From Chelatococcus sp. YT9 (GTDB lineage Bacteria; Pseudomonadota; Alphaproteobacteria; Rhizobiales; Beijerinckiaceae): 24,000 nucleotides of DNA. Below the pieces are notes generated by a model that was not told the DNA's origin, made no database searches, and saw only the letters and a program-made list of their open reading frames with translations. A program made the position numbers and the translations under genes. Location of the stretch: positions 22,637 through 46,636 of the forward strand of contig NZ_JAHBRW010000002.1 in NCBI RefSeq assembly GCF_018398315.1. Direction: 5' to 3'. Within the stretch, counting starts at the first letter, position 1. Each line of letters begins with the position of its first letter. Shown piece by piece: positions 1-9,078 of this stretch.

Positions 1-2
1 TA

Positions 3-275
3 TCATGTGCGTATCACCTTCATGCCGTCCTCGACGGGGGTGGAGCAGGCGCGCAGGCGCCCCCTGCCCTGCACGGTGACCCAGCAGTCCTGGCATGCGC
101 CCATCCAGCAGAAACCGGCACGTGGACCATCACCGAACTCGCTCATGCGGACACGGCCATCGACGGCGAGGATCGCGACGAGCAGCGTGTCGCCAACGAG
201 CGCTTCAGTCTTCAAACCGTCCAGCGTGAAGCTGACCGCAGGGCGAGCCGTCTCGGCCAAGCGGATGATCCGCAT
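3..275 (-). CDS. (2Fe-2S)-binding protein, small subunit of HcnA / opine-oxidase / heteromeric D-amino-acid dehydrogenase type
   Basis: The last 90 aa of ORF 3..677(-) read MRIIRLAE...SFTLDG...GDTLLVAILA...RAGFCWMGACQDCWV, with a Cys-x4-Cys-x2-Cys motif plus a later Cys, as in small 2Fe-2S subunits. ATG at 275..273 is preceded by GGTGAGG. An alternative ATG at 329..327 (108 aa) overlaps the hyuB stop. The N-terminal part of the 224-aa ORF is Arg/Ala/Ser-rich junk overlapping hyuB. Confidence 0.7.
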   Translation of the reverse strand: MRIIRLAETARPAVSFTLDGLKTEALVGDTLLVAILAVDGRVRMSEFGDGPRAGFCWMGACQDCWVTVQGRGRLRACSTPVEDGMKVIRT

Positions 276-321
276 AGCCTCACCGCCCGCCCCGTCGCGG
301 CGTGCCTTCAGCGCCGCGTGC

Positions 322-1968
322 TCAACCATAGGTGGCCTCCGCCGCCTCGGCCGTGATCGTGCCGTCAGCCACATCGCGGGCGATCGCCTCCCGCGAACGC
401 TCCGCCGCGGGACCATAACCGCCCCCGCCGGGCGTCTGGATGGTGACGATCTGCCCGCGATCGAGCTCGCCCTGGCCGAGCAGAAGCGGCTTCGCGCCCT
501 CGCCGAGATCGAGATGCGAGCCGGAGGCCTTGGCGCCGCCGAAGAGGCCCCAGGGCTGCGAGCGGATGCGCGAGGTGTCGAACTCGATCCGGCAATCGGC
601 TTCGGCGCGGTAGACGCGGCGCAGTCCGAGGCCGCCGCGATGGCGGCCGGCGCCGCCCGAGCCTTCCGCAAGCTCATAGCGCAGCACGGTCAGCGGATAT
701 TCCACCTCCAGCGCCTCCACCGGCAGGTTCGACGTATTCGTCATGTGGACGTGGACCCCGTCGAGACCGTCCTTGTGAGGCCGGGCGCCGAAACCGCCGC
801 CGATGGTCTCGATGTAGATCCAAGGATCGCCGTTCGTGGGCTGCACGCCGCTGAAACAGGCCATCATCACCGTGCCGCAGCAGGCAGCCGTCACCCGTTC
901 GGGCACCGCCTTTGCGAGCGCGCCATGCACGAGATCGACGACACGCTGGCTTGGCCCGATGCGGTTGAACACCGCGGCCGGCGCCTTGGCATTGACGACG
1001 GTTCCGACCGGCGCGGTCACCGTCAGAGCGCGCGAAAGGCCCGCGTTCGGCAGGATGGTCGGATCCACCACGGTCTTCACGGCGTAATAGACCGTAGATA
1101 GAAGCGCAGTATAGGTCATGTTGAAGCCGGCGCGCATCTGCGGCGGCGCATCGAAATGGAGGCGCATCGCATCGCCATCAACAGTCACCGAGATGGACAG
1201 CGGCACCTCGCCGTCGAATTCGGGATTGTCGTAGACATCCGCGAAGGTATATGTCCCGTCCGGAATGGTCGCGATACCCGCGCGCATCTTGCGCTCGGCA
1301 TAGTCCATCAGCGCATCGCCAGCGGACAATACGATATCCCTGCCGTATTTCTCACACAACGCCTGCATGCGCTGCACGCCGAGTCGGTTGGCCGCCATCT
1401 GGGCGCGCAGGTCCGACAGACGCTCGCGCGGCACCTGGCAATTGAGCAGGATGAGATCCTGCACGTCCTTCTGCAACGCGCCGGCGCTGTAAAGCCGGAT
1501 CGGCGGGATGCGGATGCCCTCCTGGTAGATATGGGCGTGGCCGCGATCAGCGAAATCGGAATGGTGAGCGGTATTGATCGCCCACGCCACGATCTCCCTC
1601 TCGACGAAGATGGGCTCCGCGAGCACGATATCCGGCAGATGGGTGCCGCCGCCCTCGTAAGCATCGTTGCCGATGAAGACATCGCCCGGCTGCATCTCCG
1701 CCACCGGAAACCGCTTCGTGATCAGCGGGATCATGGCCAGGAAGGAGCCGAGATGCATCGGGATGTGCTCGGCCTGGCAGAGCGTCTCGCCGTTGATCGT
1801 GAACAGCGCCGTCGAGCAGTCGCGACGCTCCTTGATATTGGTGGAATAGCTGGCGCGGACGAGAGCCTCACCCATCTCTTCCACGATGGAGGAGAGCGCG
1901 CTGCCGATGACCTCGACGGTGATCGGATCGACCGCCACGCGCTGGCGGGGGGCGACAAACTGGTTCAT
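322..1968 (-). CDS. hyuB: hydantoinase B / oxoprolinase family protein (ATP-dependent lactamase beta subunit)
   Basis: 548-aa ORF. N-terminus VDPITVEVIGSALSSIVEEMGEALVRASYSTNIKERRDCSTALF and the later GGGYG motif are typical of the Hydantoinase_B family. Its ATG overlaps the hyuA stop as ATGA (1965..1968). Confidence 0.9.
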   Translation of the reverse strand: MNQFVAPRQRVAVDPITVEVIGSALSSIVEEMGEALVRASYSTNIKERRDCSTALFTINGETLCQAEHIPMHLGSFLAMIPLITKRFPVAEMQPGDVFIGNDAYEGGGTHLPDIVLAEPIFVEREIVAWAINTAHHSDFADRGHAHIYQEGIRIPPIRLYSAGALQKDVQDLILLNCQVPRERLSDLRAQMAANRLGVQRMQALCEKYGRDIVLSAGDALMDYAERKMRAGIATIPDGTYTFADVYDNPEFDGEVPLSISVTVDGDAMRLHFDAPPQMRAGFNMTYTALLSTVYYAVKTVVDPTILPNAGLSRALTVTAPVGTVVNAKAPAAVFNRIGPSQRVVDLVHGALAKAVPERVTAACCGTVMMACFSGVQPTNGDPWIYIETIGGGFGARPHKDGLDGVHVHMTNTSNLPVEALEVEYPLTVLRYELAEGSGGAGRHRGGLGLRRVYRAEADCRIEFDTSRIRSQPWGLFGGAKASGSHLDLGEGAKPLLLGQGELDRGQIVTIQTPGGGGYGPAAERSREAIARDVADGTITAEAAEATYG

Positions 1969-4016
1969 GCGTCTTCCAGGATCAGGTTGAGATAAGGATC
2001 GACGTGAGCCGACATGCCGGGAAGCACGACGGTGGTCGTGTCCATCTGCTCGACGATGGCCGGCCCCTCGATGCGGTTGCCGGTGGCGAGGGCCTCACGG
2101 GAATAGACGGGGCATGTCACGAAGCCGCCCGCCTCAGGCATCCACACCTCGCGCGATCCAACCCGCGCCGAGGATGCATCCGTACCCTGGTCGCTCATCG
2201 GCTCGAAGCGGGCCTTACGGACGACGCCTGCAGCCTCGACGCGGAAGGTCACGAGCTGGATGGTTTCACCCTCCGCGATGAAGCCATACATGCGTTTGTG
2301 GGCGGCCTCGAAGCCGGCGGCCAGCGCATCAAGCGTCGCCTTGGTGACCGGGCCGTCCGGCAGCGGGATCGAGAGCTCGTAGTTCTGTCCCTGATAGCGC
2401 ATGTCGACGGTGCGCGTCAGCCGGCGCGAGGCCGGAAGGATACCTTCGTTCTCAAGCCACCCGTCGGCGTCCTTGAGGAGGCCGACGAAAGCCTCTTCGA
2501 TCGTCGGCAGGATATCGGCTTTCAGGACCATGAGCCGCGTCGTCGCGAAGTCGGCGCGCAGATCGGTCAGCAGGAGCCCCATGGCGCAGAGAATGCCGGG
2601 ATAGCGCGGAACCAGAATGCGCTTCATATCGAGCTCGCGCGCCAGCCGCGCGGCATGGAGCGGCCCGGCACCGCCGAAGGCCGCGAGGGCGTAGTCCCGC
2701 GGATCATGGCCGCGCTGCACGGAGATGACGCGGATGGCGCGCGCCATATTCGCCGTCACCACCGAAATGATGCCCTGCGCCGTCGCCATGACATCCATGC
2801 CGAGCTTTTCGGCAAGGAGTCCGATCGCGGCCTTGGAGAGATCCTGGCGGATGGCCATGCGGCCGGCGAGCAGATGCGTCGGGTTGAGGGTCTGGAGGAC
2901 GACGTTGGCATCCGTCACAGCCGGTTCCGTCGAGCCCTTGTCGTAGCAGACCGGGCCGGGGAAGGCGCCACAGCTCTGCGGGCCCACCTTCAGCAGTCCA
3001 CCCGTGTCGATATGCGCGATCGAACCGCCGCCCGCCCCGACGGTGTGGATGTCGAGCATGGGCGCCTTGATCGGGTAGCCATGGACGATCGCCTCGCTGG
3101 TGAGGCGACACTGGCCGTCATGCAGAAGGGCGACGTCCGTCGAGGTGCCGCCCATGTCGAAGGTGATGAGGCGCTCCATGCCCGTCATCTGACCGATGGC
3201 CTGGGCCGCGACGACACCCGTGGAGGGGCCCGAGAGCACGGTGCGCACGGGCAAGCGCGCCGCCTGCTCGAAACCGATGACCCCGCCGTTCGATTGCGTG
3301 AGGTGCGGCGCGACTTTCAGTCCGAGCTCCTTGAGCCGGCTCGCCAGTCGATGGATGTATTTCTCCATGACCGGACCTAGATAGGCGTTCACGACCGCAG
3401 TCGACATACGCTCATATTCGCGAAATTCCGGCGCGACTTCATGACCGGCGGAGAGAAATACGTCTGGCAATTCTTCTTTGAGGATCTCGAGAACACGCGC
3501 CTCATGCTCGGCACGCACGAAACCATAGAGAAACGAGATAGCGACGGCGGCGACCCCGGCCTCCTTCAGCGTCTTGGCGGCCTCGCGCACGGCCGTCTCG
3601 TCGAGCGCCGTTTCGATGCGGCCATCGTGGCGGACACGTTCGGGCACCTCCAGGCGCAGCGAGCGCGCGACCAGCACCTCCGGCTTGTCGGCATTGAGAT
3701 CATAGAGGTCCGGCCGCTTCTGACGCCCGATTTCGAGAAGATCGCGGAATCCCTCCGTAGTCACGAGGCCCGTCTTGACACCTTTGTGCTGTATAAGCGC
3801 GTTTGTCCCTACAGTCGTTCCATGTCCCAGATACGCGATAGCGCTCGCCGCAATTCCGATTTTCTCGATTCCTTGCTGAACACCCTCGGAAATACCACGC
3901 GAGGGATCATCCGGCGTCGATGACACCTTCCAGACCACGACCTCGCCGCTGTTGTCCTCGAACATACAAACGTCCGTGAAGGTGCCGCCTGAATCGACGC
4001 CAATTCTCCAGACCAT
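1965..4016 (-). CDS. hyuA: hydantoinase A / oxoprolinase family protein (ATP-dependent lactamase alpha subunit)
   Basis: 683-aa ORF. N-terminus RIGVDSGGTFTDV and the internal FDMGGTSTDV are the two actin-fold ATPase phosphate motifs typical of Hydantoinase_A. Translationally coupled to hyuB. Confidence 0.9.
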   Translation of the reverse strand: MVWRIGVDSGGTFTDVCMFEDNSGEVVVWKVSSTPDDPSRGISEGVQQGIEKIGIAASAIAYLGHGTTVGTNALIQHKGVKTGLVTTEGFRDLLEIGRQKRPDLYDLNADKPEVLVARSLRLEVPERVRHDGRIETALDETAVREAAKTLKEAGVAAVAISFLYGFVRAEHEARVLEILKEELPDVFLSAGHEVAPEFREYERMSTAVVNAYLGPVMEKYIHRLASRLKELGLKVAPHLTQSNGGVIGFEQAARLPVRTVLSGPSTGVVAAQAIGQMTGMERLITFDMGGTSTDVALLHDGQCRLTSEAIVHGYPIKAPMLDIHTVGAGGGSIAHIDTGGLLKVGPQSCGAFPGPVCYDKGSTEPAVTDANVVLQTLNPTHLLAGRMAIRQDLSKAAIGLLAEKLGMDVMATAQGIISVVTANMARAIRVISVQRGHDPRDYALAAFGGAGPLHAARLARELDMKRILVPRYPGILCAMGLLLTDLRADFATTRLMVLKADILPTIEEAFVGLLKDADGWLENEGILPASRRLTRTVDMRYQGQNYELSIPLPDGPVTKATLDALAAGFEAAHKRMYGFIAEGETIQLVTFRVEAAGVVRKARFEPMSDQGTDASSARVGSREVWMPEAGGFVTCPVYSREALATGNRIEGPAIVEQMDTTTVVLPGMSAHVDPYLNLILEDA

Positions 4017-4174
4017 GGCCTTGTCTCTCCTCGGATAGAATCCACAACGGATGCGGACCGCCCACGGGGCCGCAACCCGGCAAAGACCTCGCGTTCGCCA
4101 CGCCGAGCAACGCGCTTGTCGCTGATACGACGCAGGCGTGGGGCCTCAACCGCGCCGGACGCCGCCTCAACACA

Positions 4175-4873
4175 TCAAAGCGTGTGTTCGTAGCGGCAAT
4201 TGACCAATAACTCGGCAACTGCCGCAGTATTCGGAAGCGCTACGATAGTACCCACTAGTCGCGCCAGATCCTCCGCCTGGATCATCTCATCTTGCGCCAC
4301 CGAGGGAACATCAGACGTCATCTCGGTGCTGACGTAACCGGGACAGAGCGCGACGGCACGAATACCATGTTCCCAGCCGGCGCGGCGGATGGCGTGATTC
4401 AGCGCCATCACCGCATGTTTGGACATCTGGTAGCCGACATTGAGGCCCATCACACGCTTGCCCGACAACGATGCGACCGTGACGACACGTCCGCGACCGC
4501 TCTGTTTGAGAACCGGAAATGCCGCCCGCGCAAGACGGAATGGAGCCTTCACATTGATATCGAGGAGGGCGTCGAGCATGGCGTCCTCGGCAGCCTCATC
4601 CTCAGCCTCGAGGCCCACATGGCCAAGGATTCCCGCGTTGAGCACGAGGACATCGAGGCCGCCGAAACGCGCGGCGACGGCCTCAACAAGGGCTTTTTCC
4701 TCACCCCTTTCAGCGTCATAGGCGAAGACGGCGGTGTTCTCGCCGACAAGTTCGTCGGGGATACGGGAGGGGTCGCGGACAGCGAGGGCGATGGAAAAGC
4801 CGTGCCGATGCAATTCGAGTGCGATAGCGCGGCCAATCCCACGGGACGCACCCGTGATCAAGGCAATGCTCAA
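4175..4873 (-). CDS. SDR family oxidoreductase
   Basis: Contains ALITGASRGIGRAIA (TGxxxGxG Rossmann motif), NAG, and YQMSK (YxxxK catalytic motif). The 273-aa ORF has a 41-aa N-terminal extension with no SDR similarity. TTG at 4873..4871 sits 5 nt after AGGAAAG and gives a typical 232-aa SDR, so I prefer it. The upstream ATG at 4996 is possible but unlikely. Confidence 0.8.
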   Translation of the reverse strand: MSIALITGASRGIGRAIALELHRHGFSIALAVRDPSRIPDELVGENTAVFAYDAERGEEKALVEAVAARFGGLDVLVLNAGILGHVGLEAEDEAAEDAMLDALLDINVKAPFRLARAAFPVLKQSGRGRVVTVASLSGKRVMGLNVGYQMSKHAVMALNHAIRRAGWEHGIRAVALCPGYVSTEMTSDVPSVAQDEMIQAEDLARLVGTIVALPNTAAVAELLVNCRYEHTL

Positions 4874-4985
4874 TTCGTCTTTCCTCTCTGGAATTTCCCA
4901 AAAGAGACCAGAGGGGGCCGAACGCGTCAAGACGATTTCGTATGTCAGAACTTGACAGTTATAAGTATTCCGACTATCGGAAACT

Positions 4986-5747
4986 ATGGCTGACAAGACG
5001 ATTTCCGAAACAGTCGAAAAAGCGCTGATCCTGCTGTCCCATCTCGCTGAGGGTGGTCACGATGGTCTTGGCCTCGGAGACGCGGCGGAGCGCGCCGGCA
5101 TCAGCAAGCCAACGGCTCACCGCCTGCTCAATACTCTGGTTCAGCAGGCCTTCGCCGAGCGCCCGCCCTATTCTCGCAACTACCGGCTCGGGCCCGCCAT
5201 TAGCGCGCTTGCACGTGTCGATATCGCAGCCGACCTCCACGGGGAGCGCTGGCGCACCTGCCTTGGGGAGATATCGGCGGGAACCGAGGCGGCCGCCTTT
5301 CTATTCGTGCGGGCGGGTGATGAGGCGCTTTGCGTGGAGGCGAATTTCGGCGCCTTCCTGCTGCCTACACTCTCGTCTGGCATCGGCGGCCGCGTGCCCC
5401 TGGGCTTAGGGCCAGGAAGCATCGCCATCCTGGCAGGCCTCGGCGAGAGCGAAGCCGAGGCCATCCTAGCGCGCAATGCCCCCCGGTTGCGCCTTAGTGC
5501 AACCCGCACGCTCGAAACCTTAAATGGGCAAGTCAAGTCAGCCCGCTGCAACGGCTATGCCTTCGATCCCGGAGAAATACTGGCTGAGGTGCGCGGCGTG
5601 GCTATCGGGGTTGTCCACCATGGCAATTCACTGCCGATGGCTGTCACAACCGCGAGCCTTGCCTCGCGCCTGCCGGAGGATCGCATTTCCGAGACCTGCA
5701 AGCTGATGCGCAAGGCGATAGCCCAGGCCTTGGGTGGGCGCTCTTAA
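4986..5747 (+). CDS. IclR family transcriptional regulator
   Basis: 253 aa. N-terminal winged HTH (VEKALILLSHLAEGG...LGLGDAAERAGISKPTAHRLLNTL) followed by an IclR-type effector domain. Divergent from the SDR gene. Confidence 0.85.
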   Translation: MADKTISETVEKALILLSHLAEGGHDGLGLGDAAERAGISKPTAHRLLNTLVQQAFAERPPYSRNYRLGPAISALARVDIAADLHGERWRTCLGEISAGTEAAAFLFVRAGDEALCVEANFGAFLLPTLSSGIGGRVPLGLGPGSIAILAGLGESEAEAILARNAPRLRLSATRTLETLNGQVKSARCNGYAFDPGEILAEVRGVAIGVVHHGNSLPMAVTTASLASRLPEDRISETCKLMRKAIAQALGGRS

Positions 5748-5973
5748 TCCGCGTCAGGTTTCCCGCCCGGAGACGCAGTCAGCGACAGAATCGCCCGACC
5801 GGAAACAAGACGTTGTGATGGCGTCCCTACTAACCCCGCTTTCAATCACGCGGGGTCCCCTCAAGTACATTGGATAGCAGCATTTTTCAGTCGGGATGAG
5901 GCTTAGCAAGCGCCTGCTAGCAGCCACGATCATGGCCGAGGATCTCACCATTCGAAGGCACGCACCCTTAGAA

Positions 5974-5983
5974 TTATCTATAA
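5974..5983. promoter_or_regulatory. candidate BioR operator (perfect match to TTATMKATAA)
   Basis: TTATCTATAA at 5974..5983 matches the published alpha-proteobacterial BioR signal TTATMKATAA at 10/10 positions. It lies 329 nt upstream of bioB in the low-GC non-coding stretch. Confidence 0.45.
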
Positions 5984-6150
5984 ACGTGATGGCGACGAAA
6001 AGGCGAGACCGCCTTCTGGCCCAATTCTCCGGCAAGCGGCCAGAATGCGAGGGTCCACTCGCATCAGGTGCTCTTAACGCAGCATTCTTTGTCAAACCGA
6101 GGTAGCTTCGGCCTAACCCCATTGTCATGCCTGCACTAGCGAATATGATT

Positions 6151-6180
6151 TTAGCGATAGAGATTCGTTTTTATAGATTG
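6151..6180 (+). promoter_or_regulatory. candidate bioB promoter overlapped by an imperfect BioR box
   Basis: TTAGCG (6151..6156), a 17-nt spacer, then TAGATT (6174..6179). TTATAGATTG (6171..6180) matches the BioR signal at 8/10 positions and overlaps the -10 element. It lies about 130 nt upstream of the bioB ATG. Confidence 0.3.
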
Positions 6181-6311
6181 TTTTCACAATGACGGCATAA
6201 GCCACCCCGCAAGACCAGCGCGACCCCTGCCGCATTGTTGGCCGGCAATCTCACCCGCGGGGAGAATTTGCCCAAACTGACATCGAGGGAAACCTTTCCT
6301 ATGGAGAGCCC

Positions 6312-7310
6312 ATGAACGCCAATTTGCATCTGCGCGCGGCCACCGCGCCGCTCGACGGGGTAAGGCCTCTATGGAGTCTCGAGGACGCGCTAGCGATCTA
6401 CGAAATGCCCTTCAACGACCTGATCTTCCGCGCACAGGTCACTCATCGGGCAAACTTCGATCCAAACAGGGTACAATTGTCTCGGCTGCTTTCGATCAAG
6501 ACCGGCGGTTGCCCGGAGGACTGCGCCTATTGCAGCCAGTCGGCTCGCCATAAATCCGGCCTCAGCGCCTCCAAGTTGATGGACGTGCAGCGGGTCCTGA
6601 CCGAGGCGGCGAAAGCGCGTGACCGCGGCGCCACGCGGTACTGCATGGGCGCCGCTTGGCGTAATCCCAAAGAGCGGGACATGGACGTCGTCACGGCCAT
6701 CGTCAAGGGCGTGAAAGCACTTGGCATGGAGACCTGTATGACACTCGGGATGCTGGATCTCGACCAGGCGTTACGCCTGAAGCGGGCCGGGCTCGACTAC
6801 TACAACCACAACATCGACACTTCCGAGCGGTACTACCCTGAGATTATTACCTCGCACAGCTTCCGCGACCGTTTGAACACGCTTGCGAATGTTCGCGACA
6901 GCGGTATCAAAGTCTGCTGCGGCGGTATCCTCGGGATGGGCGAGGATAAGATCGACCGCGTCGCCATGGTGGTGGTGCTGGCCAACCTTCCCGAGCATCC
7001 CCACAGCGTGCCGATCAACATGTTGATCCCGATCGAAGGTACGCCACTCGCCGATGCGGAACCGGTCGAGCCGATAGACTTCGTGCGCATCATAGCGCTT
7101 GCCCGGATTGTGATGCCGAAGTCGCATGTGCGCCTGTCGGCCGGACGCACCGCAATGAGCGACGAGATGCAGGCGCTGTGCTTCCTCGCCGGCGCCAATT
7201 CGATCTTTGTCGGTGAGACGCTCCTGACCGCCGAAAACCCCGAGGAAGACATGGACCATGCTCTGTTCCGGCGCCTCGGTATCCAGCCGATGGAGCGTGA
7301 CGCCCCATGA
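6312..7310 (+). CDS. bioB: biotin synthase
   Basis: 332 aa. Radical-SAM motif [13 protein letters not shown] and a typical BioB body ([18 protein letters not shown]). GGAG lies 5 nt upstream of the ATG. Confidence 0.95.
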   Translation: MNANLHLRAATAPLDGVRPLWSLEDALAIYEMPFNDLIFRAQVTHRANFDPNRVQLSRLLSIKTGGCPEDCAYCSQSARHKSGLSASKLMDVQRVLTEAAKARDRGATRYCMGAAWRNPKERDMDVVTAIVKGVKALGMETCMTLGMLDLDQALRLKRAGLDYYNHNIDTSERYYPEIITSHSFRDRLNTLANVRDSGIKVCCGGILGMGEDKIDRVAMVVVLANLPEHPHSVPINMLIPIEGTPLADAEPVEPIDFVRIIALARIVMPKSHVRLSAGRTAMSDEMQALCFLAGANSIFVGETLLTAENPEEDMDHALFRRLGIQPMERDAP

Positions 7311-8443
7311 ACAGGAAATCTCTGCTCGACCGCTACGAGGTCAGCCTCAGTGGCCTGGCCCGCAAAAGCCGCTTGCGCTCGCTGAGCCGCCGTACCGGGC
7401 TAGATTTTGCTTCCAACGATTATCTCGCGCTTGCGACCAGCGCGCACATTGCCGCCGCCATTGTAACGGCCGTTGCCAACGGCACGCCTGCCGGCGCCAC
7501 AGGTTCGCGTCTGCTGCGCGGCAATGCCAACGAGCACGAAGCGCTGGAGGCTAAGGCTGCCGGTTTCTTCGGCTCCGAGCGTGCGCTGTTCTTCGGCGGA
7601 GGCTATCTGGCCAACTTCGCCGTGCTCACCACCCTTCCCCAGAAGGGCGACCTCGTCGTGCTCGACGCGCTGATGCATGCCAGCGCCCATGAAGGCGCGC
7701 GCGCCGGCCGTGCCGATGTCGTGAAGGTCCCGCACCGCGATGCTGACGCAGTGGACGATGCGATCAATACCTGGCGGGCGAGCGGCGGCCGCGGGCATGC
7801 GTGGATCGTGGCCGAAAGCCTCTACAGTATGGACGGCGACCGGGCGCCGCTGGACGAACTGGCCGCGATCGCCGACCGCCGTGAGGCATTTCTCTTTATC
7901 GACGAGGCGCACGCGACAGGCGTTTACGGCCCTCGTGGCCGCGGGTTGGCTCATCATCTTGAAGGCCGCGAAAATGTCGTGGTGCTTCATACCTGCGGCA
8001 AAGCACTAGGCGCCTGCGGCGCGCTCGTGACGGCGCCTCGCGTACTATGCGATTATCTCGTCAACCGTTGCCGGCCTTTCATTTACGCAACGGCACCGTC
8101 GCCGCTCATGGCGGTCGCGGCTACAGCCGCCCTCGACATCGTCGCCGCGGAGCAAGAACGCCGCGAACGGCTGGCAAATATGGTGATCACGGCAAGCGAG
8201 CAAGCCGAAGCGTTCGGCTTTAAAACAAGCGGATCGCAGATCATGCCAATCATCATCGGCGACAACATCCGTGTGATGGCCCTGGCCGAGGCGCTGCAGG
8301 CTCGCAATTTCGACGTGCGCGGCATCCGCCCGCCGACAGTGCCCGAGGGCACCGCACGCCTCAGGATCTCGCTGACTCTCAATGTGGAGGAGCCGGATCT
8401 TCTTGCTTTGTTTGAAGCATTGTCTGAGGAATGTTCGCGATGA
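7307..8443 (+). CDS. bioF: 8-amino-7-oxononanoate synthase
   Basis: 378 aa. Alpha-oxoamine synthase family: [25 protein letters not shown], and a PLP-lysine context [12 protein letters not shown] overlap with the bioB stop (7307..7310). Confidence 0.93.
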   Translation: MNRKSLLDRYEVSLSGLARKSRLRSLSRRTGLDFASNDYLALATSAHIAAAIVTAVANGTPAGATGSRLLRGNANEHEALEAKAAGFFGSERALFFGGGYLANFAVLTTLPQKGDLVVLDALMHASAHEGARAGRADVVKVPHRDADAVDDAINTWRASGGRGHAWIVAESLYSMDGDRAPLDELAAIADRREAFLFIDEAHATGVYGPRGRGLAHHLEGRENVVVLHTCGKALGACGALVTAPRVLCDYLVNRCRPFIYATAPSPLMAVAATAALDIVAAEQERRERLANMVITASEQAEAFGFKTSGSQIMPIIIGDNIRVMALAEALQARNFDVRGIRPPTVPEGTARLRISLTLNVEEPDLLALFEALSEECSR

Positions 8444-9078
8444 CGGTCAAGATCGTCGTGACGGGCACGGACACCGGCATTGGCAAGACTGTCTTCGCGG
8501 CAGGTCTCGCCACGCTGCTCGGGGGCATATACTGGAAGCCGGTGCAGTCGGGCGTCGAGGCCGAGATCGACAGCGAGATCGTAGCACGGCTGGCCGGCCT
8601 GCCCAGCGAGCGGATCCTACCCGAGGCGTGGCGTCTGAGAGAACGGCTGTCGCCGCACCGCGCCGCTGAACTCGAAAACGTGGACATCGACGCAGAAGCG
8701 CTTGCCCTGCCCACGACACGGCTGCCTCTTATTGTCGAAGGCGCCGGCGGGTTGATGGTGCCGGTTGATCGGCGCACTCTCTTTATCGACATCTTCGCAC
8801 GTTGGGGGGCTCCGGTTGTGCTCTGCGCCCGCACCGGGCTTGGCACGATCAATCATACGCTTCTATCGATCGAAGCCCAGCGGCATCGCTCCGTTCCACT
8901 TCTAGGTGTGGCCTTCATCGGCGATGAGATGATTGATACGCAGCGCACCATTGCGGAGATGGGCAGAACGCGCGTGCTCGGCCGCCTACCACATCTCGAT
9001 CCTTTGACGCCGAAATCGTTGGCCCAGACTATGCGGGCAAACTTCAATGCCGCCGACTTTCTGAACGCCACACCATGA
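8440..9078 (+). CDS. bioD: dethiobiotin synthetase
   Basis: [18 protein letters not shown]-loop typical of BioD. ATG 8440 forms an ATGA overlap with the bioF stop and lies 9 nt after GAGGA. The ORF-track start at 8431 has the SD directly abutting it, so 8440 is preferred. Confidence 0.9.
   Translation: MTVKIVVTGTDTGIGKTVFAAGLATLLGGIYWKPVQSGVEAEIDSEIVARLAGLPSERILPEAWRLRERLSPHRAAELENVDIDAEALALPTTRLPLIVEGAGGLMVPVDRRTLFIDIFARWGAPVVLCARTGLGTINHTLLSIEAQRHRSVPLLGVAFIGDEMIDTQRTIAEMGRTRVLGRLPHLDPLTPKSLAQTMRANFNAADFLNATP

Noticed and set aside
7-1101. 364-aa + strand ORF, plus nested ORFs, overlapping the 2Fe-2S and hyuB genes
   Set aside because: It is antisense to strongly recognisable genes. The translation is Arg/Ala/Pro/Gly-rich low-complexity sequence, as expected for stop-poor antisense frames in high-GC DNA.
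2004-3380. 458-aa + strand ORF antisense to hyuA
   Set aside because: Same reasoning: no recognisable motifs and extreme Arg/Asp/Gly content. The opposite strand encodes a clear Hydantoinase_A protein.
4169-4188. AACACA-N8-TGTGTT inverted repeat spanning the SDR stop codon
   Set aside because: A 6-bp AT-containing stem with no U-tract that overlaps coding sequence; probably fortuitous.
5754-6128. 124-aa minus ORF and 69-aa plus ORF (5896..6105) in the low-GC stretch upstream of bioB
   Set aside because: No SD, no recognisable domain, unremarkable composition, and the two overlap each other. The region is treated as non-coding or decayed, though a pseudogene remnant cannot be excluded without a homology search.
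6301-6315. Four-codon uORF (ATG GAG AGC CCA TGA) whose stop overlaps the bioB ATG
   Set aside because: Its sequence is essentially the bioB SD region (GGAG), so this is most likely coincidence rather than a regulatory leader peptide.
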